Origin: Eledone cirrhosa
Taxonomy: Eukaryota
Length of the DNA: 64,000 nucleotides
Assembly: GCA_964016885.1 (NCBI GenBank)
Contig: OZ024745.1
Span: forward strand, 52,948,001-53,012,000
Reading direction: 5' to 3'
The notes beneath the pieces were generated by a model. That model did not search any database. It was not told where the DNA came from and was given only the letters and a program-made list of their open reading frames with translations. Made by a program: the position numbers and the translations under genes. Below, piece after piece: positions 1 through 11,315 of this stretch. Positions within the stretch are counted from its first letter, which is position 1, and each line of letters begins with the position of its first letter.

Positions 1-614
1 TCCATTCACTCATGGAGGCATTCTCCCAAGATCCTCCACATCTCCGTTGTCACAGCCTTCTTGATGGCTTCCATGTCCAGAAAACCGATCGTACTCGAAG
101 ATCCTTGGCTCGCCGCCGATGTAGACTCTCACTAGAAAGTCTCCTTCAGTTTCAAGACGCTCAAAAATTTCCAGACACACATGCATGTGATTCTACTTCT
201 GCTCAACGTTCAGCAGCCTCGGCATTATCTACACATAGATCTTCCGCATGCTCAAATATTCGGTAATGATGTTCCAAACGCTATGATGATTCATTCCCAG
301 CTCACTTGTGATCATTAGAACAGTCTGCCGATAATCGCTTCATCTCTGTACAATTTTCCGTAATATTCCGAGTGCTTCTAAGGGAGTGCTTCCCCATACG
401 GACCATAAACTACGGGTTGTTTCATTGCTCTGTGCCCGACGGTCAAATGTTGAGGAGATAACGAAAGCACATAAAAACGCATACAATAGCTGCAAAGAGT
501 TGCGATTGCTGTTATGTACTCCCGGTCACACGGTGACGTAAACGGTGAATCCCTATGCCACTGATAGCTCACACAGCACACTAAGTCCTGTTGCGTTTCT
601 GACACACCTCGTAT
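1..614 (-). mobile_element. Mariner (Tc1/mariner) non-autonomous remnant, runs off the window start
   Basis: TIR-like TACGAGGTGTGTCAGAAACGCAACAGG on the minus strand from ~613. Decayed transposase N-terminus (EQ..N..FMVRMGK). Bases 1-90 align with 45022-45110 of the second copy. Confidence 0.7.
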
Positions 615-1416
615 GTAGTGTACGCTATCATTTCTCCGTGTAGCACCTTAGTGTCACAGAACTCATCAGGCTTATTTATTTCATCAGCCTCATTTGGGTG
701 GTGAAACACATTTATATTTCTCTTTCGATACTTCACTTATCCCTTGGGGGTCTGTGGTCAGTGATCTATTTTTATGGAAAAGTGGCCCTACCCTGATTCT
801 ACTGAGGTGATTTATTTTGCAAATTTAAAGAATTTAGGGTTTGTCTTAATACCTACTAGCATCTATTTCTTTGCTCCTCATTTGATGGATGAATCTGAGT
901 TTAGTTTCAATTCCAAACAGAATTTGTTACAAAGTGTATTCCCCGTTGTTCTTTAGTTCTATATTTATCCAGTTTGAGAACTTTGTTCTCCGTCACATGA
1001 GGATGTTTCTACATGTAAATTTCACCCAGTTTGTCCGTAACGACAGCATTGAACATCACAATGAAAGTTAAACACGCATGTAGCACATATAATATGACAC
1101 ACATGGGTGAAGGAATTTAATGAAATTCAAATTCCGACAGCAACGTTCATTCTAATGTGATAGAATTGCTTTCTGTAAAGAAGCATCAGCACATGCTAAT
1201 TTCCTCCACAAAGAGGATGATTCTATGCAGGTCTTGAAATGTTTCAGGTGAATTTATGAACTTTATTCTTTGAAATACACTAAAAGGAAATTCTAAAAGT
1301 ATTATGTATATAATTCCAAAAAATAGATTACATTAGTCGTGTCTGTAAAGTAATATTTAAAGACGGATACCTATTATACGGGGTTGGTGTAGAATTAACT
1401 TCTTCCGTTGTTTCTG

Positions 1417-1472
<56 letters not shown>

Positions 1473-1704
1473 ACAATCACCAGGCAGACGAATGCGAGAA
1501 TGTTCTCCAACCCAAGTTAACCAGGAATCTTTAAAATTCTTCCCACCGAAGTTAACAAAGAACTTACGGGATCTACGAACTTATAATATTATAATATTAT
1601 AAAATTAAATCAGAAAGATTGTTTTAAACACTACAAGTGAAGTCATTCTTTTCCTTTTTTTCAAATATACCTAACTGTACCAAGGATCTCACACATTTTC
1701 CAAA

Positions 1705-1773
<69 letters not shown>

Positions 1774-1774
<1 letters not shown>

Positions 1775-1900
1775 GTTATTCCGGGTTGAATCGGAGGTAA
1801 CCACAGTAAGTAAGGTACTCAATACATAGCAGAGTATAAAAGTTTTAATATAGATGAGATTCTACAGGACTAGAACTGTTTCATTCATTAGAAATCATCA

Positions 1901-1901
<1 letters not shown>
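1774..1901 (-). mobile_element. HHR family C insertion in (TA)n (tailed end plus hammerhead core)
   Basis: Minus strand reads CTGATGA-TTTC-TAAT-GAAT-GAAA-CAG-TTCTAGTC-CTG-TA-GAATC and is truncated just 5' of the core. Homologous to 10036-10100 and 40337-40462. Confidence 0.75.
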
Positions 1902-1984
<83 letters not shown>

Positions 1985-2395
1985 GTGTGTGTTTGGGAGT
2001 GTGTGTATGAATATGCATGTATGTACAGAAAATGAGAGAAATAATATTTACGTAAAGATATTAAGTATTGTAGAAGAATTCGTATATTTAATGTCTGTGC
2101 CTCCCACAAATGGAGGTATCATATTCCATATATGTATACGTTCATATAGATTCCTGTCCACATATTGGGATTAAAGAGTAAAACACTGTAACAGACAATA
2201 GTAAGAAATACATTAATAAATATAAATGTATGAATCAGCAGATAATTAGATAAGGATGGAATTTTGGAAGCACATCAACACATTTAACTACACACACACA
2301 CACACACACATACATATATATATATACGCTTTTACTCTTATATATATATATATATATATATATATACGTGTGTGTGTGTGTGTGTGTGTAGTTAA

Positions 2396-2484
<89 letters not shown>

Positions 2485-2488
<4 letters not shown>

Positions 2489-2575
2489 TAAATTAGAAAA
2501 GATATAGTCTGCTGTGAATTCGCACATCTGTACATCTGTATGTTGGTCTGTATAAACTGTTTTCTTTGTCCAGAC

Positions 2576-2578
<3 letters not shown>
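2485..2578 (+). repeat. ~95-bp direct repeat, copy 1 (copy 2 at 4994-5088)
   Basis: AATTAGAAAAGATATAGTCTGCTGTGAATTCG...TGTCCA occurs twice with about 4 differences. Confidence 0.9.
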
Positions 2579-2612
<34 letters not shown>

Positions 2613-2646
2613 ATTAAATAAATGGAAAACTATATTTATAAAACCA

Positions 2647-2721
2647 TATTTATTTCATTATATATATTTCGGGGATATCATATTAACAATATGCTATGCC
2701 TTCATCAGACAAAATACAATA
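2647..2721 (-). ncRNA. Minimal type I hammerhead ribozyme (family B)
   Basis: TATTGTATTTTGT-CTGATGA-stem II-GAAA-T-ATAT-A-TA^ATGAAATAAATA. Stem I gives about 12 bp with one bulge. Confidence 0.75.
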
Positions 2722-4347
2722 TAAACAGTTTTATAGATAAATAGATTCGACATACCGTAATAAACACCGACTTCATTTGAAGAGGTTTACTCTAGCAGTG
2801 AAAATTTTATACAGAGAAAAAGAAAAAAGAAAAAAGAAAGACAAAACGAAGAAAAAGAAAGAAGAAAAAAAAAGAAAAAAAAAAGAAGAAAAAAGAAAAA
2901 GAGGAAATGCATGGAACAAAATAGAGAGATGGAAAGATAGATAAAGCGAAGAGCTTCATGTAAAGAAACAGAAAGAGATATATATATATAGAGAGAGAGG
3001 AGATAGAGATAGATACATATATATATAGAAAATTAGGTAGTGGGAGGTCATTTTGAGTAAGTGTATCAATGATACATTTATTTATTTATTTATTTATTTA
3101 GCTCAAGTATTAATGTAAGGGAGATATATATATATAGAGAGAAAAAAATATATAGAGAGAGGAAAAAATAGCGAGAGAAAAAAAATTTAAAAATAGCCAG
3201 ACATATTCGAGGCGTAAAAAGCCCTATGTTTTAATGTATTAGTATTTATAAAACTTACACTATATTGTAAATATCAGTATTCCTGAATGAAACAAGTATC
3301 CATAATGTGTGAAAATTAATTATCTTATGTTTAGTTTTAAAAAATTCATATGTTTATGTGACAGCTACAAACATCCATGCGAATCCAACTGATTCACTCT
3401 GCAAACTCTGAGTTACCGGAAAACATTCTCAATGTGGTATAAAAATTTGAGCGTATTATTATTCCTGTCATTACTCTACAAGATTATCTATCAAGCAGTG
3501 TTATCTTTTTATTTTTAGTTTTGTTTATAATATAATATATATTTTTATTAGTATATTGAAATCTGCTCTCTATTTCTGCTTGATAGATAATCTTGTAGAG
3601 TAATGACAGGAATAATAATACGCTCAAATTTTTATACCACATTGAGAATGTTTTCCGGTAACCTAGAGTTTGCAGAGTGAATCAGTTGGATTCGCATGGA
3701 TGTTTGTAGCTGTCACATAAACATATGAATTTTTTAAAACTAAACATAAGATAATTAATTTTCACACATTATGGATACTTGTTTCATTTAGGAATACTGA
3801 TATTTACAATATAGTGTAAGTTTTATAAATACTAATACATTAAAACATAGGGCTTTTTACGCCTCGAATATGTCTGGCTATTTTTAAATTTTTTTTCTCT
3901 CGCTATTTTTTCCTCTCTATATATTTTTTTCTCTATATATATATATATCTCCCTTACATTAATACTTGAGCTAAATAAATAAATAAATAAATAAATGTAT
4001 CATTGATACACTTACTCAAAATGACCTCCCACTACCTAATTTTCTATATATATATGTATCTATCTCTATCTCCTCTCTCTCTATATATATATATCTCTTT
4101 CTGTTTCTTTACATGAAGCTCTTCGCTTTATCTATCTTTCCATCTCTCTATTTTGTTCCATGCATTTCCTCTTTTTCTTTTTTCTTCTTTTTTTTTCTTC
4201 TTTCTTTTTCTTCGTTTTGTCTTTCTTTTTTCTTTTTTCTCTCTTTCTTTCTCTCTGTATAAAATTTTCACTGCTAGAGTAAACCTCTTCAAATGAAGTC
4301 GGTGTTTATTACGGTATGTCGAATCTATTTATCTATAAAACTGTTTA

Positions 4348-4422
4348 TATTGTATTTTGTCTGATGAAGGCATAGCATATTGTTAATATGATATCCCCAA
4401 AATATATATAATGAAATAAATA
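4348..4422 (+). ncRNA. Hammerhead copy in the right arm, G12>A (probably inactive)
   Basis: CTGATGA at 4361. CCCCAAAA replaces CCCCGAAA at 4399, consistent with CpG decay. Confidence 0.65.
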
Positions 4423-4546
4423 TGGTTTTATAAATATAGTTTTCCATTTATTTAATATTGTAAATATACTCCAAATATTTGTCGAGTGCTTTTATATCAG
4501 TTATAAATATTTACTAGTTGTAACCCAACAATTTTAAATATAACTT

Positions 4547-4580
<34 letters not shown>

Positions 4581-4590
4581 TGTGTGTGTG

Positions 4591-4643
<53 letters not shown>

Positions 4644-4646
4644 GTA

Positions 4647-4682
<36 letters not shown>

Positions 4683-4685
<3 letters not shown>

Positions 4686-4889
4686 CGAAGGAAATGTGGT
4701 AAGGAACCAAGTGGACCATAACGCACCAAAGTACTCAATACCTAGGGTAGTAGAGTGGGTAATAGGAACGAGTAGGACCCCGACGGCTGAGCTCAAGCCG
4801 TTTCGACGGCTAATTCTGGACTAAAATGCTTTTAGTCCAGAATTAGCCGTCGAAACGGCTTGAGCTCAGCCGTCGGGATCCTACTCGTT

Positions 4890-4893
<4 letters not shown>
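4683..4893. mobile_element. HHR family A palindromic insertion in (TA)n
   Basis: Long tailed arm 4683-4825 and short inverted arm ~4830-4893 ending GTTCCTA. Each arm holds the 3' half of an HHR: GAAACGGCT-TGAGCTC-AGCCGTC^GGG. Confidence 0.8.
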
Positions 4894-4954
<61 letters not shown>

Positions 4955-4965
4955 TGCATAGAACC

Positions 4966-4997
<32 letters not shown>

Positions 4998-5517
4998 TCA
5001 ATTAGAAAAGATATAGTCTGCTGTGAATTCGTACATCTGTACATCTGTATGTTGGTCTGTATAAACTGTTTTCATTGTCCATACGTATTCATAAGTTATA
5101 ATGAATAATACCGGATTAACACAGAAGAAGAAAATAGTGCGTTGTTTCAGTGCTGATACATTGATTGGGAGCCGTAACATTATAAATTGATGAAATCAAC
5201 ATCGCCGCTTATATTTGCAGCATATGTTAAGAAGTGCAACTGAGGTTAATAGGATACAACCTAATTTACTCCGGCAAACATTTTCACACATGTGTCTTTA
5301 TACACACATATGTGTGTTTATGCACGCTCATACCCACTCATACGCAAGCACACAGACACACACACACATATGTATAAATATATTTAGATAGATATATAAA
5401 CAGATATAAATATATACATATATACATACATATATACATAAATATAAATATACATGAATATATACGAATATATTATTAAATATATACATTAATGAATATA
5501 TATGTATATATAAATAA

Positions 5518-5574
<57 letters not shown>

Positions 5575-5984
5575 CACACACACACATATATATATATATA
5601 CGTCCGTATGTGTGCGCGTGTTTATGTGCACGTGTATATATATGCATGTATGACGTGTGTTTTCACTTTTGCACGTGTATGTATGTATATAGATGTGCGT
5701 ATAATAACCTCTATCATTTTCGTTCTACTAATTTATTTACATTATTCTTAACTCCGAAGCCGAGAATCATTCAGTTTCCTAGTGACTCCATTTATACCAT
5801 AAACGTGGTTTTCTCTTTCCGCGTATTTGTTCTCTAGCTACACATAACGATGTATTATCTTCGCTTTTTTCCCATTCATTGCCAGGGAACGTATTCGGGA
5901 ACCAAAGTAACGTATTCCTGATTTCCTTCGGTTACAACGTTTTTCGAAATATTTACTTCTGCGTTCACGGAATGATTTTTTTTT

Positions 5985-6070
5985 GTTTCAGAAGATCCGG
6001 TTAAGGGTGAAAAAAGCGATTATTTGCTTAACCTTTAATCTGTTATTTTAATAATTATTTGCTCTTATAT
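5985..6070 (+). ncRNA. Degenerate copy of the CAGAAGA-core hammerhead-like family
   Basis: Aligns to 20591-20660: GTTT-CAGAAGA-TCCG..GGGT-GAAA...TGCTT-AAC. Confidence 0.5.
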
Positions 6071-6329
6071 TATATATTTGATATATATTTAACCTTACCG
6101 AGCCCTCTTTGGATTTTAGTCTTCACATTTATTATTATTACTATATATATATATAATACTACGTTGATAAGAAGAACAAGTAGTTTCTACTATAATACAT
6201 CTCATATTATGAGGTGAAATAACTTCTTCAGCTACCCTGCCTGTTTCCTCATTCGAAGACGACTTATTGCGAACCATATACAAATATTGGGTCAGGTTCA
6301 TATAATTTTTTTTTTAATGAATTCACTTG

Positions 6330-9185
6330 CCCGCACTAGCCGGTACTTAAAGACAATTAAATGTCACCTATGCCACGCAAGCTACCATAGAAGCTTTGTC
6401 GGCATCACCAAAGCTCAAGCCGAAACTCTTCAATACTAGACCTGTAATCGGTGAAACTTCAGTTCCGACTTATTCCGTGGGGATGCCTCACGCTTCGATG
6501 ACCAATACTCTACCGAGGACTTTGCCACAGCCCTCCAGGGGAACTCGGAATAGCTTTGCCCGTACCCTCTCTAATTTATTGAAAAATGTTTGCGTGTCCA
6601 ACAATAGGTCTGACTGACAGAACTTGATTTTGTTTGCCCTCATATCTCTTCACGTGCACAATGCGAATTCGTGTTCCCTCACATCCTCTCTCAAGCGGCA
6701 GTTCCAGCTGTTAGAGTTCACCCCAATCACGTCTCATCTCAGTTCGACATCGAGCTCGGTGTCCACCAACAGACAACCGGCAGACCTCAAGCGAGCGGTC
6801 AATGCCAAATTCAGCGAATTTGACATTAAAGGGGCTGTTCGTCTCCTCTCTGTCCTCCCTTCTTCCGTGCAACTCTGATTCTCTTGAGCGACTGAAAGAG
6901 AAGCACCTATCGGCACCCCCAGATGATCAGCTACACTGGCTCGAAACACCAGAATACTCGAGACCGGTTTACACCACCGATATCATCAGAAAGGCGATTT
7001 CATCCTTCCCCGCTTGGTCAGGCACGGGAATTGAAGGCCTTCGTCCTCAACACCTCAAGGACGGCATCTCCTTATCGGCCGGTGACGCCGGACGTGAGCT
7101 CTTGGAGAGTCTGAGTTTGTTAATCAGTTCTCTTCAGTGAACGTTCTCCCGTTCATCCGCCCACTGTTCTTTGGTGCGAAGCTATTTGGTCTCACCAAGC
7201 CGAAAAGAGATCTGCGCCCCATTGCGGTTGGCTGCACCCTTTGCTGCCTCACTGCAAGGGCGTCTTTGCTGTTGGTCCCCGACTCACTGGCGAAGGAATT
7301 CTCCCCCACCCAGCTGGAGGTGTGTACCAAGTTGGGATGTGAGGCTGCTGTCCACGCTACAAGAGCATTTACCAACTTCCCCTCCTCGTCCCCCAAGGTC
7401 AACCTCAAACTTGAACGAACTCAGGAACGCCTTCAACTCCGTCAGCCGTGACGTCGTCCTCTTCTCAGTCAGAGAGAGGGTCCCACAACTCTATCACTTT
7501 GTTTGGCAGGCTTAACGGGAGCCCTTCTACCTCTCTTCGGTAACCAAATCATCACCTCTGCCTCAGGAGTCCAACAGGATGACTAACTCGGGCCCGCTCT
7601 GTTTGTACTGGGCATTGATGACGTCACCAGAATGGGGGTTGAGTTGGACCTCAATGCCTGGTACGTCGACGATGCCTGTTTGGGGGGAACTCCGGATATG
7701 CTTCTCGCCACTGCCAACAAGATAGTTAAGGAGCTTGGCCGCCGGGGTCTCCAGGTCAATAGCTCCAAATGTGAGCTCTGGATCCTCAACCACCCGGCTT
7801 CTGAACAGCAACAGCTAATCGACCTGTTTGCAGACTCCTTCACTTCCCTCGCGGTCCCTCCCCCGTCGGCTTGGTGCTCCTTAGGAGCCCCTATCATAGA
7901 CCTTGCTTTCGAGTCAATCTTCCAATCGAAGATGGTTGGCCTTGAGCAGCTGCTGAAGAATATTGAGTTTATCGAACCCCATCAAGGTTTCTTCATACTC
8001 AGAAACAACCTATCTAACCCTAAGCTTCCGTATCTGCTCACACAGATTTCCGTCCTGCCTCCAACGCTTCGACGACCTAATCTTTGAGAGACTCAAGTGC
8101 CTGGTCAATGTTAGACTATCTCCAGAGTCCCGCGATCAGGTTGCGTTGCCCAAGCGATTTGGGGGTCATGGTCTTCGTAAGTGTTCGTCCTTCTCTCTCC
8201 CATGCTTCCTTTCCTCCACCTACGCTTGCTCCACCCTGGTGAGCAGCATCTTCTCCTCTCCAAAATCTACTAGTTCCAACAGGGAGTTGGGTGAAGCTCT
8301 CCAGCAATGGAGTGAGTTGGGCTTGTCTCTTCCTGAGAAGGTGGAGGACAGTCGAAGTCAGAGAACTTGGGACGGCATAAGTTCGAAGGCCACCTTCTAC
8401 TCGATCTACGTCCAGTCAGATCAGTTTACAAGATGCCGCTTACTATCTGCCAGCACCAAATACTCAGGCGACTGGGTTGATGCCCTACCCGTGGCGAACG
8501 TCGGTGGCCTACTCATCCTGGACGAACTTCGTGTCTCCATCGCCCTCAGAGCGGGAGCTGCCGTCTGCATGGATTTAAGGTGCCGATGCGGCAAACTCCT
8601 CGGTCTTTCTTGCCGCCTGAATGCCGGCCGCGACGCATGTCACACAGAGCTAAACCTCATCCTAAGAGAGCTTTGGCCAGGGCAAACATCTCCTCAGTCT
8701 TGGAACCATCTGGGTTGCTCCAAAGTGACGGCAAAAGACCTGACGGCCTTACCCTGTGCCCTTGGTCGAGAGGCAGGTGTCCTATTTACATTCTCCCACA
8801 TCCTGGATGCTGCGGTTAGGACGAGAGCCCCAGCCTCAGCAGCCGAGCGGAGTAAGGCCCTCAAATACTCTGATCTGTCGGCCAGCTACATTTTTCACCA
8901 TGTGGCTTTCGGGACGTTTGGGGGAGTCGGGCCGCTGACTGTGAGGTTCCTCTCTTCACTGGCGTCTCGCCTAATAGAGCTAACTGGCGAATCTCGCGAG
9001 GGCGCCTGGTTGTTTCAGTGCATTAGCCTCGCCATCACCCGAGGCAACTATGAGAGTATGCTGACTTGCCTCAAAAATCATTAGAGAGGTTGCCCAGTAC
9101 CCCTCGCTGCTGTCTTTTGCTTTGGTGTTGGCTCGGTTGTTCATCCAATCCTTTACATTTTCTTTAGTATTGTAACATTAAAAGA
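6330..9185 (+). mobile_element. Decayed CRE-clade non-LTR retrotransposon (RT plus restriction-like endonuclease), frameshifted
   Basis: Motifs across frames: SGTGIEGLRPQHL, RPIAVGCT, GVQQ(G)D.LGPALF, WYVDDACL, QVALPKRFGGHGLR, CRC..C, KRPDGLTLCPW, K..KYSDL, FGTFGG.GP, ISLAITRGN. GC-rich island with several stops and frameshifts. Confidence 0.9.
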
Positions 9186-9616
9186 ATATATATTTCTGAA
9201 AGAATCGCGAGCAATTATAATGTTATCTAAGCATTTGTTATGTTATTTATGTATATATTTAAAACATATTTATTATGTTATTCTACTGTAAATTTATTTA
9301 TATGCTCTGTTTATATTTTCATTCTGAAAGAATTACAAATGATTTGTAATGTTATTTATACAACTGTGAATAAAATATTTGAAAAATTTTTTATATGATT
9401 AAAATATACACAGAGATGTATATAAAATGACAACACTGGTGGTCACAGACACACACACATATACCCACACACACATATATACACACAGACTTAGAAACAC
9501 TTCCTATTTAAATATTCGCTGCAGACTAAATTTGATCTATATATTCATTCACCAAATTTGAGCTGTATTCGATTCTTTGAAGTCATATGTTGTAATTTCA
9601 TTCTACAAAACCACCA

Positions 9617-9673
<57 letters not shown>

Positions 9674-10035
9674 CTCTCTCTCTTCCTCTCTCTCTCTCTC
9701 TCTCTCTCTCACACTCTCTCTATATATCTCTCTTTCTCTCTCTCACTCCCTCTCCCTCTCTCTCTTCCATTTTCCTTCTCTGTCTCCTTCTCTCTCTATG
9801 TCTCTCTTTCAATCTACTCTCCCACAACCTCTATCCCTTGCTCTCTATCTTTCGGTCTCTCCGTTTATGAAGGTACAAAGAAAAACCCCAAACTCGGGAA
9901 CCCGGTCTCTGATTTACGCGAAACCTGTTTTATTCCATTTGTATTCCCCTTTCAGGGACCATTTTCTCTCAAATTAATTTCCCATTATGCGCTGTTTTGG
10001 CTGTATTAAATTACAGACAAGCACACAGCCATAGA

Positions 10036-10084
10036 GCTTCCTGATGATTTCTCCCGAATGAAACAGTTCTAGTCCTGTAGAAGC
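10036..10084 (+). ncRNA. Complete type I hammerhead ribozyme (family C)
   Basis: GCTTC-CTGATGA-TTTC-TCCC-GAAT-GAAA-CAG-TTCTAGTC-CTG-TA^GAAGC. Stems I and III pair perfectly, with a GUA cleavage triplet. Confidence 0.85.
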
Positions 10085-10095
10085 CTTTTCCATAT

Positions 10096-10164
<69 letters not shown>

Positions 10165-10372
10165 TTCCAAGGAAGTGTTCGGTATGCGTTAGCTCCCCAA
10201 TAAATTTACCAACCGTTTTTGAAAACGCGCGTCCAAATTCCGAAGTCCAAATTCCGAAAAGAGCTCAATAATGTGTGTGTATATATATACTTATATCTTA
10301 ATATGTACTAATTTTATATATATATATATATATAAATATATATAATTAGTACATATTAATATATATACATAG

Positions 10373-11025
10373 ATATATCAAAATAAATTAACGGAGTCAT
10401 AGACTCGCGTTAGTCCCTGTAAATTATGAGCTCAAAGTAAAAGGAATCCTGGGCTCTTCAAATATAATATGTAGAAAAGATAACACGCGAGAGAGAAAGA
10501 GGGAGAGAGGGAGAGAGAGACAGTGTGTGTATCTGTGTATCAATGTACAGGGAAAACCACCAGTGTATGGAATCTATAAACTACGAAAGGTGAGGTCAAT
10601 GCATAATAATTAAAAATATACAGTAGAATTAATTTACCCACCTTTATAACTATATATCACCTACGTACAAACCTAAAGAGATTTGTTTCGCCAAAAGAAT
10701 GGAATGAAACACCCAGGCTCATCAGCGGGTGGTAAGTGGATACATTCCAGACAACTCTAAGAACAACTTAAAATAACCGCCTTGCAACACGTGGTAGAAA
10801 AAAGTAAATGTGTGCAGAGACAGTAAACTAGTGGCCTGGGTGGCATGAGCGGCTAGAAATCGCAGCCCCAAACCACTCAAATAAGGGTGCTATACTAGAC
10901 AGAGAGAGAAGACTGTTATTAGAAGCAATATATCAAAATACATTAACGGAGTCATAGACTCGCATTAGTCCCTGTAAATTATTATCTCAAAGGAGAAGGA
11001 ATCCTGGGCTCTTCAAATATAATAT
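10373..11025 (-). mobile_element. 1.2-mer element: 555-bp unit with ~97-bp terminal direct repeats and an internal HHR
   Basis: 10373-10470 is repeated at 10928-11025, flanks are TA-rich, and the HHR lies at 10658-10731. Confidence 0.7.
10658..10731 (-). ncRNA. Type I hammerhead ribozyme
   Basis: CACCCG-CTGATGA-GCC...GGC-GAAA-CAAATCT-CTTT-AGGTTTG-TA^CGTAGGTG. Confidence 0.8.
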
Positions 11026-11126
11026 ATATAAAGAGAGAGAGGGCAATATATATAAATGTATATATGTATGTATATATATAAATGTATATATGTATATATA
11101 TATATATATATATGTATGATACATAT

Positions 11127-11315
11127 AACTGTTTCTACGTTTGGCACAAGGCCAGCAAATACCCAGTACATTACTGGTACTTTATTTTATTGACCCCGTA
11201 AGGATGAAAGGCAAAGTTGACCTCGGCGGGATTTGAACTCAGAATGGAAAGGGCCGTAATTCTATGCGTCAAAGCATGACGTCCGACCCTCTACCGATAC
11301 TGCCAATCCACCGCC
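11127..11315 (-). mobile_element. tRNA-derived SINE (~190 bp)
   Basis: A box TGGCAGTATCGG, B box GAGTTCAAATCC, central GCCTTTCATCCTTACGGGGTC(G)ATAAAATAAAGTACCAG; TSD TATGATACATATAAC. Confidence 0.9.

Larger units (their letters stand above)
2607..4550. mobile_element. HHR family B: ~890-bp inverted repeat (2607-3498 / 3576-4462, 77-bp spacer) plus ~90-nt tail; Penelope-type inverted pLTR structure
   Basis: Arms are near-perfect reverse complements and both ends abut (TA)n. Each arm contains CTGATGA...GAAA. The tail at 4463-4550 is shared with the copies at 36845-37201 and 41354-41675. Confidence 0.9.

Noticed and set aside
10220-10260. GAAAACGCGCGTCC resembling an HHR 3' half
   Set aside because: No CTGANGA or stem II nearby.
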